A stretch of DNA of 64,000 nt from an uncultured bacterium. GTDB lineage: Bacteria; Krumholzibacteriota; Krumholzibacteriia; LZORAL124-64-63. The stretch lies in NCBI GenBank assembly GCA_963727525.1, contig CAVSGO010000005.1, positions 32,001 through 96,000 of the forward strand, in the 5' to 3' direction. Position numbers and translations under genes: made by a program. The notes under the pieces are model-generated. The model ran no database searches. It worked only from the letters and a program-made list of their open reading frames with translations, and was not told the origin of the DNA. Positions 1 through 9,156 of the stretch are shown piece by piece; the stretch's first letter is position 1, and the number at the start of each line of letters is the position of its first letter.

Positions 1-535
1 AGGCACGGTTGAAGTCGAGTTCCACCGTCCCATCGGCCGCCTGCGTAAGGTCGAGATAGCGCCCACCCTGGTACGTGGTGTCGCCGTTGGTGGCGTCGTA
101 GAACGGCAACCACAGATAATCGTCGCCCTCGGTGGGGCCGAAGACCGACAGCGTATAGGACTTGCCGTCGTGCTCGAAACTCACCGTGCCCTTGCGCAGA
201 TAGGGTACCTTCGCACCCTTGCGCTTGTCGAGGATCACCGTATCGGTGCCGGCCGCGGCCACCAGCAGTGCACGGTACCGCAGATCCTGCGCCGGGAAGT
301 AGTAGTCGAGCCCCTCGAAGCCCTGCTTGAGATCGGGTGGCAGCGGACTATCGGGGGCTGTCGTGAACTGCTCGTTCTTCTCGATGCGCGCCTCGACGAG
401 CGCGATCTCCCACGATTCGAGCGCGGCGGCATCCATGGCGATGGGACCGGGCGCCTGGGATTTCTGGTCGCTATGGCACCCAGCCAGCGCCAGGGTGGTG
501 AGTATCAGGGCCAAGACAGTCAACGGGCGGATCAT
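1..535 (-). CDS. DUF1684 family lipoprotein (3' end runs off the window)
   Basis: Manual minus-strand translation gives MIRPLTVLALILTTLALAGC (lipobox) ... YLWLPFYDATNGDTTYQGGRYLDL...VELDFNRA, typical of DUF1684. GAGGA RBS upstream. Not in the ORF track because the stop lies outside the window. Confidence 0.85.
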   Translation of the reverse strand, partial: MIRPLTVLALILTTLALAGCHSDQKSQAPGPIAMDAAALESWEIALVEARIEKNEQFTTAPDSPLPPDLKQGFEGLDYYFPAQDLRYRALLVAAAGTDTVILDKRKGAKVPYLRKGTVSFEHDGKSYTLSVFGPTEGDDYLWLPFYDATNGDTTYQGGRYLDLTQAADGTVELDFNRA

Positions 536-648
536 GAGCACGTCATCCTCGGCAAGCCGGCCACGCCGGCGGTTTACGGTCTCGGGCGCATTGCGTACCA
601 TACGGACCAGCCGGCAAGCGACGCCGGTTGCGTCACGAGGGAGCATCG

Positions 649-2436
649 ATGCCAGCGCCACAGTATAGCCAAAGCTCGCGGGAGGCCGCAGCGGAAATTC
701 CGCGCGGCACGTCTGCCGCCGTCGTGGCACTGACCGCTGCGGTCGGTCATCTGGCGGCATTCGGCGGTTGGTGGAATCAGGACGATTGGGGCCTCCTCGC
801 GCGGGCGACCGGACTTGCGGCAGAGCCCTCGCTCCCGCTGCGCTGGCTTTCGCGCACGGCGTACTGGTCCGTCCTCGAGCCCCTGGCTCACCTCGATCCC
901 GTCCCTTACGCCTGTACGCGCCTGGCGCTCATCGCCCTGGTCGCGGCCGGCGTGGCCCGTCTCGCCCAGCGCCTGGGGATGACGACCCTGCAATCGACGG
1001 TGGCCGGACTCATTGTCGCCGGCACACCGCTGGCGTTCACGCCCCTGTACTGGGCCTCAGGCGTGCAGGACCTGCTCGCTCTCGCCTGCGGGGTGTGGGC
1101 GATCGAGCGCGGTTTTGCCGGTGGCAGCGGTGCCTTCGTCGCCGCCGTCGCCCTAGGGGTCGCCGCGCTCGCGAGCAAGGAGACGCAGCTCGCGGTGCCG
1201 CTGGGGCTGGCCTGGGCCGTCGTGGCGAGGTCGCCACGCTCCCGGGGCCGCGTCGGCTGGCACCGCTGGCTGGGCGTGGCCGTTGTCACGCTGGCGGCTA
1301 TCGCGGCGCTCGTGCTGGCCTGGCTCTCGTTCTCGCCCGGCGCCGACGAACCATATGCCCGGGGAGGCGCGGCGGCGATCGTGAGCAACCTCGGTACCTA
1401 TGGCTGGTGGCTCGTCTCGCCCGGCCCGCTCTACGCGGCCCACATCACCCTGGCGATGACCGTCGCGGGCTGGGCCTTCTGGGCGGTCTGGGCCGCCTGG
1501 GGCATGGCATGCGGGCGCCAGGGCTGGCATGTGCCGCTCCTGACGTGGGCGTGCGCCCTGGCTGCCATCGCGCCAGCGCTGCCCCTGGCGCGCCACGTGC
1601 TGCCCTATCTGGCCTTGCCGGCCGCGCCGTTCCTCGCCCTGGTGCTGGCCGATCTCGTCCCTCGGCGCTGGACGGCGCGGCAAGGCGTCGTCATCGCGCT
1701 GGTGATCGGCGTGGGAGGCTGGGCCATCCTGGGCATGAAGGCGCGCCTGGAAAACCGCGATGGGCACGGCCTTCCCGCCGACCCGGTCGTGCAGCGCACG
1801 GCGGTGGCCTACCACGCCGCCTCGCTGCTGCGCGATCTGCCCTCCGGAGCACGGCCGGCCAGCGGCCTCGTCCTGCTGCAACCGCCGGCCACCGCGGCGG
1901 CCGCCAACGTCGCGCAGAGGCTGGGCGAGCGCTGGGTGATGGGCAGCCTGCTGCACCGCAGCCTCGAGGGCACGCTCGGTCCGCGTCTCATCCTCGGCGC
2001 CGACGTGCCGGTGGTGTGGGCCAACGCGCTCGAAGCGACACCCCGCGATGCCCTCGTCCTCGTGGACGCCGGCAGTGAATTCCGGGTGTGGGGACCCACG
2101 CCTCAGGCGCTCTTCGACCTCGCGCTCACCGACGTGGCTCGCGGACTCTTCGAGCGCGCGCGGCGCGACCTCGTACGGGCCGGCGCCCTGAATGGCGAGA
2201 CGGTCGCGTTCCTCTTCGCTCCGGACGATCTTCCCGTACCGCTGGCGCAGGTGCAGGCGCGCAAGCAGGCATTCCTCGACCATCTCGGCGCGGGCGTCGA
2301 GGCTGGTCGCTCCCGCTGGGAAGTCGCCGGTACCCGGCATCTCTTCCTCCAGCTCCTCGCGGCCTGCGCCGACGAGGGCGGAAACTCCCTCAAACCCGAC
2401 GGCCCCTCGCAGCCGTCACCATCGCGGAGGCCATGA
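649..2436 (+). CDS. Multi-pass membrane protein, possibly a GT-C-fold glycosyltransferase
   Basis: About 10 hydrophobic segments, with WWNQDDW after the first TM. GAGGGAG RBS before the ATG at 649. Stop overlaps the next start (ATGA). Confidence 0.6.
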   Translation: MPAPQYSQSSREAAAEIPRGTSAAVVALTAAVGHLAAFGGWWNQDDWGLLARATGLAAEPSLPLRWLSRTAYWSVLEPLAHLDPVPYACTRLALIALVAAGVARLAQRLGMTTLQSTVAGLIVAGTPLAFTPLYWASGVQDLLALACGVWAIERGFAGGSGAFVAAVALGVAALASKETQLAVPLGLAWAVVARSPRSRGRVGWHRWLGVAVVTLAAIAALVLAWLSFSPGADEPYARGGAAAIVSNLGTYGWWLVSPGPLYAAHITLAMTVAGWAFWAVWAAWGMACGRQGWHVPLLTWACALAAIAPALPLARHVLPYLALPAAPFLALVLADLVPRRWTARQGVVIALVIGVGGWAILGMKARLENRDGHGLPADPVVQRTAVAYHAASLLRDLPSGARPASGLVLLQPPATAAAANVAQRLGERWVMGSLLHRSLEGTLGPRLILGADVPVVWANALEATPRDALVLVDAGSEFRVWGPTPQALFDLALTDVARGLFERARRDLVRAGALNGETVAFLFAPDDLPVPLAQVQARKQAFLDHLGAGVEAGRSRWEVAGTRHLFLQLLAACADEGGNSLKPDGPSQPSPSRRP

Positions 2437-3527
2437 TGGACCCATTGTTGAAGAAGCTCGGCGAGCAAGTCGGTCCCTGGAGCGGGCACGAAATCCTCGT
2501 GGCACTCGGCGTGATCGTGGGGGCATTCGTCGTGCGCACACTGTTCCAGCGCTGGGTCGCGCGTCGCCTGCTGGCACTGGCCGAGCGCACGCGCACCGAG
2601 GCCGACGACGTGGCCGTGCACGCGCTCATCACGCCGCTTGGCTGGGTGTTGCCGTTGCTGGGAATCTACGTCGCGTTCCGGTTGCTGGCCGCCGGGGACG
2701 TGGCGGTGGCGACTGCCGGCGGCAGGATCTTCATGGTGGCGATGACGGTCATCGTTGCCTGGACGTTGTTTCGCTTCGTCGACGCCCTCTCCATCTTCGT
2801 GCTCGAGTATAGCCGCCGCACCGAGACCACGCTCGACGATGCCCTGGTGCCCACCGTGCGCAAGGCGATCAAGGTGTTCCTCGGCGTCCTGATCACGTTG
2901 ATCATGATCCAGAATCTCGGTTACTCCGTCACGGGCATCCTGGGAGCGCTCGGCGTGGGCGGCGTGGCCGTAGCCCTGGGCGCGAAGGACACCTTTGCCA
3001 ACCTTTTCGGCTCGGCCACGATCCTCATCGACCGTCCCTTCCGTCCCAACGACTGGATCACGCTCGACGGCGCCGACGGCGTGGTCGAGGAGGTGGGCCT
3101 GCGCTCCACACGCATCCGTACCTTCGCCAAGACCGTGATCTCCATCCCGAACTGGGTCCTCGCGAACGCCACCGTGGAGAATCACTCGCTCATGCCGAAG
3201 CGCCGTGTCCGGTTCACCGTGGGCGTGACCTACGACGCCTCGCCCGCGCAGATGCGTGAGGCCGTGCAGCGAATTGAGGCCTACCTGCGCGGCAACGCCG
3301 AGATCCACCAGGAGTTCATGCTGGTCAAGTTCACCGAGTTCGGGGCCTCGAGCCTGGACATCCTCGTCTACTGCTTCACCGTGACCACTGACTGGGAACG
3401 CCACCTGCAACTGCGCCAGGACATGAACCTCGCTGTCATGGACATCGTGGCCGACCTCGGACTGAGCATCGCGTTCCCGACCCGCACGGTGCACCTGGTC
3501 AACGAGGAACCGGCGCCCTCGGCCTGA
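2433..3527 (+). CDS. mscS: Small-conductance mechanosensitive channel (MscS family)
   Basis: GVGGVAVALGAKDTFANLFG, DRPFRPNDWI, GVVEEVGLRSTRIRT, FGASSLD, IAFPTRTVHL. Confidence 0.92.
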   Translation: MMDPLLKKLGEQVGPWSGHEILVALGVIVGAFVVRTLFQRWVARRLLALAERTRTEADDVAVHALITPLGWVLPLLGIYVAFRLLAAGDVAVATAGGRIFMVAMTVIVAWTLFRFVDALSIFVLEYSRRTETTLDDALVPTVRKAIKVFLGVLITLIMIQNLGYSVTGILGALGVGGVAVALGAKDTFANLFGSATILIDRPFRPNDWITLDGADGVVEEVGLRSTRIRTFAKTVISIPNWVLANATVENHSLMPKRRVRFTVGVTYDASPAQMREAVQRIEAYLRGNAEIHQEFMLVKFTEFGASSLDILVYCFTVTTDWERHLQLRQDMNLAVMDIVADLGLSIAFPTRTVHLVNEEPAPSA

Positions 3528-3614
3528 GTGTAGGCGAATTTCGACTTCGTCTCGCGGGCGCAATATGATACCGTCATGCTCCTGTTATCACTTGACCCGA
3601 GAAGGAGGCTCACG

Positions 3615-4379
3615 ATGGTGAAGGTTCCGCGTATCCCCCTCGTCGCTCTTGCCGCGCTCGCCCTGATGGCGGGTTGCGGTGGCGACGACAACAACGGGGG
3701 CACCAATCCGGGCGGCCAGACCGACCAGTTCCAGGAGAGTGTCGCCGTGGCCCAGTCGCAAGCCGCCGTGCCTCTGGCGCTGAACATGGTGCAGTCGATG
3801 ACCGCGTTCGCCCAGAGTACGCCCGGGAAGGACGGGACCTTCGGCTACGACGAGTCATCGCATTCCTGGGTTTCCGACTACACCTACGCGAACGAAGGCT
3901 ACTCCTACACGTTCCACTACGTCGTCCAGTATCTCGACTCTGCGAATCTGCCCCAGCAGTATCCGGCCGACGCCTCGAGCATGGCTTACTCCTACGCGGG
4001 TACCGGCCACTACACATCGAACAGCAACGGCACGCAGGTCACCGTCGACAACACGTACCACGCCGATGTCACCCTGCAGGGCCTCGGTTCGTCCACGCTC
4101 ACGATGGCGGGTAGCGGAGGGTTCGGGATCGACGAGACCGTGGTGTCCGGCGGCAACCACTACGACTACAACTACGACGTGAGCTGGGTCACGGGAACCG
4201 GCGGCATCACGTTGCCGATCGGCGGTTGCCCGACCGGCACGTTCCATTACACGCTGGCCCCGTACCACCTCGACATCGTGTTCGACGGCACCAACGTGGC
4301 CACCCACACGCTCACCGACGGTTCCGGCGCCGTGGTGGCCGCGGGGACCGGTACCGACACCATGAGCTGCGGGAACTGA
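3615..4379 (+). CDS. Lipoprotein of unknown function (beta-rich, rich in Tyr/Thr/Gly)
   Basis: AGGAGG RBS. Signal peptide with lipobox LMAGC followed by GGDDNNGGTNPGG. Confidence 0.75.
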   Translation: MVKVPRIPLVALAALALMAGCGGDDNNGGTNPGGQTDQFQESVAVAQSQAAVPLALNMVQSMTAFAQSTPGKDGTFGYDESSHSWVSDYTYANEGYSYTFHYVVQYLDSANLPQQYPADASSMAYSYAGTGHYTSNSNGTQVTVDNTYHADVTLQGLGSSTLTMAGSGGFGIDETVVSGGNHYDYNYDVSWVTGTGGITLPIGGCPTGTFHYTLAPYHLDIVFDGTNVATHTLTDGSGAVVAAGTGTDTMSCGN

Positions 4380-4402
4380 GCACCGGCATCGCACGAACTG
4401 AC

Positions 4403-4436
4403 GCGGACGGGGGCGGGATAGCACGACCCCGTCCGC
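4403..4436. terminator. GC-rich hairpin between convergent genes
   Basis: gcggacgggg ... ccccgtccgc inverted repeat. Confidence 0.55.
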
Positions 4437-4448
4437 ATCAGGCTGCCG

Positions 4449-4826
4449 TCAATGGCAGGCGTGCCCGTGGCCATGCCCCCCACAAGCCATCGCAGGCGTC
4501 AGCTCGGTGACGTCGCCCGCCTCGAAGGCCGCGATCGCCTCGGCCACCGTCCGCGCACCCAGGCGATACACCCGGACGCCCGCGTCGTTCAGTCGTGTCA
4601 CGGCACGCTGCCCCATTCCGCCGGTGACGACGGCATCCACGTGCTCCCCCGCCAGCGCATGCACCGGCATGCATGCCCCGTGGGCATGGTGCTGGTTCGC
4701 GTTGCCGAGGACGTGCATCTGCTTCGTGTCGGTATCGTAGACGACCAAGCAGGGCGCGCTGCCGAAATGGCCATGCAGCGGATCCTGCGGTTCACCGGTA
4801 CCCGTGGTCGGCAGACAGATCTTCAT
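4449..4826 (-). CDS. NifB/NifX-family (Fe-Mo cofactor-binding domain) protein
   Basis: MKICLP...HGHFGSAPCLVVYD...HHAHGAC...VDAVVTGGMGQRAV...AGVRVY; His/Cys-rich tail. Confidence 0.88.
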   Translation of the reverse strand: MKICLPTTGTGEPQDPLHGHFGSAPCLVVYDTDTKQMHVLGNANQHHAHGACMPVHALAGEHVDAVVTGGMGQRAVTRLNDAGVRVYRLGARTVAEAIAAFEAGDVTELTPAMACGGHGHGHACH

Positions 4827-5113
4827 GGACGTTCCTCCGCGTGCTGGATCGCAAGAGCCTCGTTGCCCAGAAGCGCGCCCACGACCTTGCGGCGCGCGAC
4901 CTCGAGCAGACGCTGCACCGTGCCGCGCGACACGCCCATGGCGGCGCCGGCCTCCGCCTGCGTGCGCCCTTCCAGGTCGCACAGCCGCAGCGCCTCGAAT
5001 TCGTCGAGTCGCAGGTGCGTGACCACGCAGTCGCGCATGGGGACGGCGCGCGGTTTGAAGACACGATCGCCCGCGAGCGGACGGCAACAGCGGTGTTTCG
5101 GGCAGCGAGGCAT
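4823..5113 (-). CDS. DUF134 family HTH DNA-binding protein
   Basis: MPRCPKHRCC...FKP...LRLDEFEALRLCDLEGRTQAEAGAAMGVSRGTVQRLL..AR.KV..AL; overlaps the downstream NifX-like gene by ATGA. Confidence 0.92.
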   Translation of the reverse strand: MPRCPKHRCCRPLAGDRVFKPRAVPMRDCVVTHLRLDEFEALRLCDLEGRTQAEAGAAMGVSRGTVQRLLEVARRKVVGALLGNEALAIQHAEERP

Positions 5114-5122
5114 CGATCCTCC

Positions 5123-5144
5123 ATTTTGTGCATATGCACAAAAT
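5123..5144. promoter_or_regulatory. Perfect 22-bp palindromic operator upstream of the DUF134 gene
   Basis: ATTTTGTGCATATGCACAAAAT is a perfect palindrome, AT-rich in a high-GC background, and abuts the RBS. Confidence 0.75.
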
Positions 5145-5185
5145 AGCCATCGGGCGGCACGCGGTCAAGCCCGGGAGGCCGCGCC

Positions 5186-5767
5186 TCAGAGATATCGTCT
5201 GACGCGGCCGTGGTAGGTCCGGTACGCGAGGCCGAAGCGCTCGGCCAGGAACCGCTCCTCCGCGCGGACGATGCGGTCGTGGATCACCGCCGCGACCACC
5301 AGGGGAATCGCGGTCCAGAGCGAGGGCACAGCCACCACGGCCGCGAGGTGCAGGATGACGATGGCCAGGTACATCGGATTGCGACTCACGCCGTAGATGC
5401 CGCCGGTACGCAGGGTGGTCGCCTCACGGGCTAGGCCGGTGCGCGTATCCGTGTCCAGTTCCCCGAATGCGGCCACCGCTACGCCGGCTCCCAGCGTGAA
5501 CAAGGCCGCGCTCGCCCAGGCGGCCGCGAGCGGCGGCGAGGGCGCGCCGGCGAGCGTGCGCACCACGGCCCGCGCCAGCACCACGAGCGGCACGACGATC
5601 GCCAGTTTCGCCAGCCAGAAGAGGGGTGCCGGCACGGGATAGCGCCCCACGGCGTCCACGTGGCGGTCGCGGATATGCCACGCGGTGCGCAGGAACGCGA
5701 CCAGCGCCCCCGCGTAGCCGAACGCGATGAGCAGAGCGGGTACGCGGCCCTGTAAGTCTGATGTCAA
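5186..5767 (-). CDS. Isoprenylcysteine carboxyl methyltransferase / PEMT family membrane protein
   Basis: LRTGGIYGVSRNPMYL...EERFLAERFGLAYRTY..RVRRYL. Confidence 0.88.
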   Translation of the reverse strand: MTSDLQGRVPALLIAFGYAGALVAFLRTAWHIRDRHVDAVGRYPVPAPLFWLAKLAIVVPLVVLARAVVRTLAGAPSPPLAAAWASAALFTLGAGVAVAAFGELDTDTRTGLAREATTLRTGGIYGVSRNPMYLAIVILHLAAVVAVPSLWTAIPLVVAAVIHDRIVRAEERFLAERFGLAYRTYHGRVRRYL

Positions 5768-5835
5768 CTCTCCGCCTCCATGCTAGAATCGTCCCCGGTC
5801 GCGCATTCCCGCGCACTTCAAAGAAAGGCGTCCCC

Positions 5836-6339
5836 GTGTTTCGCCAGCTCGACGACTTCATCCGTGCCCACCACATCGTGGCCGAGAACACGCTCAAGAT
5901 CCTACGTACGCTCACCGACGAGTCGCTCACGCGACCGGTCACCGACGGCTACCGCACGCTCGGAGGCATGGCCTGGCATCTGGTGACCACCGTGCCCGAG
6001 ATCATGACGCGCACCGGCCTGCCGATCGACGGTGTGCAACCCGAGGCGTTGCCGCCGGACACCGTACGCGAGATCATCGCCGGCTACCAGGCCGTCACCG
6101 ACGCCCTCACCGGCGCCCTGCGCACCCACTGGACGGACCCCGATCTCACCACCACCGACACCATGTACGGCGAGGAGTGGCCGCGCGGCGTCACGCTCAT
6201 GATCTTGCTGCATCACGAGATCCACCACCGCGGTCAGATGACGGTACTCATGCGCCAGGCCGGGCTCCAGGTGCCGGGCATCCTCGGCCCTGCCAAGGAG
6301 GAGTGGTCGCAGTACGGCATGCCGGCGCCGCCGTACTAG
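5836..6339 (+). CDS. DinB family protein
   Basis: RTLGGMAWHL ... HHEIHHRGQMTVLMRQAGLQVPG; probable GTG start at 5836. Confidence 0.9.
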   Translation: MFRQLDDFIRAHHIVAENTLKILRTLTDESLTRPVTDGYRTLGGMAWHLVTTVPEIMTRTGLPIDGVQPEALPPDTVREIIAGYQAVTDALTGALRTHWTDPDLTTTDTMYGEEWPRGVTLMILLHHEIHHRGQMTVLMRQAGLQVPGILGPAKEEWSQYGMPAPPY

Positions 6340-6355
6340 ATCGAGGGGAGGCGGA

Positions 6356-7273
6356 TCAGCGCAGGAAAAGCAGCGCACCGCCCGCGATCGCCACGCAAAC
6401 CCCCACGAGGCTGACCGGCGCAGGCCGGTCGCGGTATACCAGCCAGGCCGGCAACAGCACGAACACGGGCACCGCGCTCAGGAGCACCTGCGCCACCCCG
6501 GCCGGTGCACGCCGGATCGCCTCGATCGACACCCATACCGAGACGAACGGTCCCAGCACCGTCGCGCCGGCGAGGGCGGCGGCCCCCACGCGATCGCGCA
6601 GTGGCGCCACCACGCGTCGTATGCCCCGGCGAGGAAGCACCACGAGCCACGCCGCGGCGCAGGCGAAGGCCAGACGTACGAGGGTCGCGCTCAGCGGATC
6701 CACGTCCACCGCACCACCCGCCATACCGATCTTCACGAACGCGCTGCCAAAACCCTGGCAAGCCGCCGCCAGCAACGCGAGCAGGAGACCGGTGCGCCGC
6801 ACGTCGCGCGCGGGCGAGGCGAAGGCGCCGCCGCCAGGGTCGCGTCCGGCGACCGCGAGCAGCACGCCGACGATCACCACGGAGATGCCGATGAGCGCGA
6901 ACACGCCGAGGTGTTCTGCGAGCGCTCCCCAGGCCACGACGGTGGTGAAGACCGGCGCCGTCACCATGAGCATCATCGCGCGCCGCGGACCTATCATCAC
7001 GAAGCTCTGGAAAAGCGCGGAGTCGCCGATCGCCAGACCCAGAATGCCACTGCCACCGATCCACAGCAAGCTCACGAGGGGTACGCCGACCGGCCAGAAC
7101 GAGCCAAAGCGCAGACGATGCGTCGCCGCCAGGAGGATCGTCGCGCCGAGCAGGCGACCCAGGTTGAGTGTCACCGGCCCCAGGCGCCGCCCCGCGGTGG
7201 TGAAGAGCACGGAGGTCCAGGCGAAGATCATGGCCGCGCTCAGGGCGAGCAGCTCGCCCGCATGGGCCGTCAC
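6356..7273 (-). CDS. DMT/EamA family transporter
   Basis: About 10 TM segments in two EamA repeats (SGILGLAIGD, IGPRRA). GTG start overlaps the upstream stop (GTGA). Confidence 0.88.
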   Translation of the reverse strand: MTAHAGELLALSAAMIFAWTSVLFTTAGRRLGPVTLNLGRLLGATILLAATHRLRFGSFWPVGVPLVSLLWIGGSGILGLAIGDSALFQSFVMIGPRRAMMLMVTAPVFTTVVAWGALAEHLGVFALIGISVVIVGVLLAVAGRDPGGGAFASPARDVRRTGLLLALLAAACQGFGSAFVKIGMAGGAVDVDPLSATLVRLAFACAAAWLVVLPRRGIRRVVAPLRDRVGAAALAGATVLGPFVSVWVSIEAIRRAPAGVAQVLLSAVPVFVLLPAWLVYRDRPAPVSLVGVCVAIAGGALLFLR

Positions 7274-9156
7274 GTCGCGATCCGCAACACGCGTGCCGAC
7301 CACGGCGCCAGCGCGAGCGAGAGCATGCCGTCGCGCAGCGTGGCCTCGCCGCCGCCAAGGAGATCATCGAAAGTGCCGGCACCGAGATCATCCACCGGCA
7401 ACACCAGGCGTTCCTCGTGATCCGCGCGGTTGAGGGCCACGAGCACTGCGCCCGCCGCCAGGATCCGCACGAAGACGAGCGCACCATCCCGCGCGTGGCG
7501 TACCTGGACACCGCCGCGCGCCAGCTCCGGCGTCACGCGGCGCAGGGCGATCATCGCACGCACGTGATCGCGGAGTTCGCGATCCCACGCATCCTCGTCC
7601 CACGGCATGCAGGCGCGGTTGGCGGGATCGACGCCCCCCTCGCAGCCCAATTCGTCACCGTAGTAAACACAGGGCACCCCGGGCCAGGTGAGCAGCAGAG
7701 TGAAGGCGAGGCGTAGCTTCGCGCGGTCGCCGTCGAGCAACGTGAGGATGCGCGCCGTGTCGTGACTGCCGAGCAGCGTCATGTGCGCCTGTCCGATCGC
7801 GAACGGCGCCCGCGCCAGCAGGTCCGTGGCCGCGCGCGCGAATACGGACGCGTCGTCGTTCGCCGGGAACATCTGGACGAGACCACGCGGTCCCTGCGGC
7901 TCGCGCCCCGTGAGCCAGCGCAGCAACGGGTAATAGAAGCCGTGATAAGCCATCACGCCGTCGAGCTGGTCGCCCTGCACGAGCGCCGTGGGATCGGCGA
8001 AGGTTTCGCCCACCACGTAGACCGCGGCGCTCGTCTCCTTCGCCGCCTGCCGCAGCTCGCGCAGCACTTCCCTCTGCACCTGCACCGCGCCGCACCGGCC
8101 GAGCATGTTGACGGCATCGAGCCGCCAGCCGTCGATACCGTAAGGTGGGCGCAGCCAGCGGCGCACGACGCTGTCGCGCCCGCCGTAGATCTCGTCGCGA
8201 AGCCGCGCGCTACGGTAGTCGAGCTTGGGCAGGCTCGCATGTCCGCACCAGCTCTCGAAGCGATCGGGATGGCGACGGAAGATGAAGTATTCCGCGTAGG
8301 GCGATGCGGGGTCCTGCCACGCCCCCGGTTCCGGATGCACGTGGCCGCGATTGAACCAGCGATGACCGTCGCCGACGTGGTTGAAAACACCGTCGAGCAC
8401 GATGCGTAGGTCGGTCTCGTGCAGGGAACGGCAGAGCGCGGCGAAAAGCTGGGCATCGCCCAGGCGGGGATCGATGCGCTGGTGATCGCGCACGTCGTAG
8501 CGGTGGTTCGTACCCGCCAGGAAGATGGGCGTGAGATAGAGACCGCCCACGCCGAGATCACGCAAGTAGTCGAGGCGTTCGCGGATTCCCGCCAGGTCGC
8601 CGCCGTAGAAAGCGCGCTCGCCGCGCTGGCGGTAGCCGGGCGGCGGTGCGCCCCAGGGCAGGAGATCGTCTCCGGGGCCGCTGTCGCGGCCGCGCTCGAA
8701 ACGATCCGGGACGATCTCGTACAGCGTGCGCCCCGCGAGCCAGGCCGGCGGCGACGTCGCGAGATGCACGAAATCGGCGTCATCGCAAGGCGGCTCGGCG
8801 TGAAGGCCGCGCTGATCGAGATGCCAGAGACGGCCGCCGTGCTGCAGAATGAACCGGTACCCCAGCCGCGGGCCAGGCACTGGCAGCAGTCCCTCCCAGC
8901 GCTCCCACAAGCCGTCGTCGATGCGGCGCAGGGCGCGGTATTCGGGCTCGCCGTCCGGCGTGCTGCGCACGTGGGCCGACGCCACGCCGCTGCCGCGCGG
9001 AACCCGGAAGCTGATGCTCAGGCGCCGCCGTCCGCCGACAGTCGTGACGCGTACGAACGACTCGGTTCCGTCGCTGTACGGCCGCAGCGCGGGATCGCCC
9101 GTGTGGTCCGGATCGCCCGTGTGGCCTAGATTGCCCGTGTGACCTTGCGCAACCAT
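7270..9156 (-). CDS. malZ: GH13 alpha-glycosidase (maltodextrin glucosidase / neopullulanase-like)
   Basis: YEIVPDRF, FYGGDLAGI, LYLTPIF, NHRYD, LDGVFNH, DGWRLDAV, VGE, LLGSHDT, GVPCVYYGDE. Start uncertain. Confidence 0.85.
   Translation of the reverse strand: MVAQGHTGNLGHTGDPDHTGDPALRPYSDGTESFVRVTTVGGRRRLSISFRVPRGSGVASAHVRSTPDGEPEYRALRRIDDGLWERWEGLLPVPGPRLGYRFILQHGGRLWHLDQRGLHAEPPCDDADFVHLATSPPAWLAGRTLYEIVPDRFERGRDSGPGDDLLPWGAPPPGYRQRGERAFYGGDLAGIRERLDYLRDLGVGGLYLTPIFLAGTNHRYDVRDHQRIDPRLGDAQLFAALCRSLHETDLRIVLDGVFNHVGDGHRWFNRGHVHPEPGAWQDPASPYAEYFIFRRHPDRFESWCGHASLPKLDYRSARLRDEIYGGRDSVVRRWLRPPYGIDGWRLDAVNMLGRCGAVQVQREVLRELRQAAKETSAAVYVVGETFADPTALVQGDQLDGVMAYHGFYYPLLRWLTGREPQGPRGLVQMFPANDDASVFARAATDLLARAPFAIGQAHMTLLGSHDTARILTLLDGDRAKLRLAFTLLLTWPGVPCVYYGDELGCEGGVDPANRACMPWDEDAWDRELRDHVRAMIALRRVTPELARGGVQVRHARDGALVFVRILAAGAVLVALNRADHEERLVLPVDDLGAGTFDDLLGGGEATLRDGMLSLALAPWSARVLRIAT
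9091..9144. repeat. Three degenerate 18-bp tandem repeats at the pepP/malZ junction
   Basis: gggatcgcccgtgtggtc / cggatcgcccgtgtggcc / tagattgcccgtgtgacc. Confidence 0.75.

Noticed and set aside
4449-4826. Nitrogen fixation inferred from the NifB/NifX-like gene
   Set aside because: Stand-alone NifX-like proteins with DUF134 are common in non-diazotrophs, and there is no nifHDK here.
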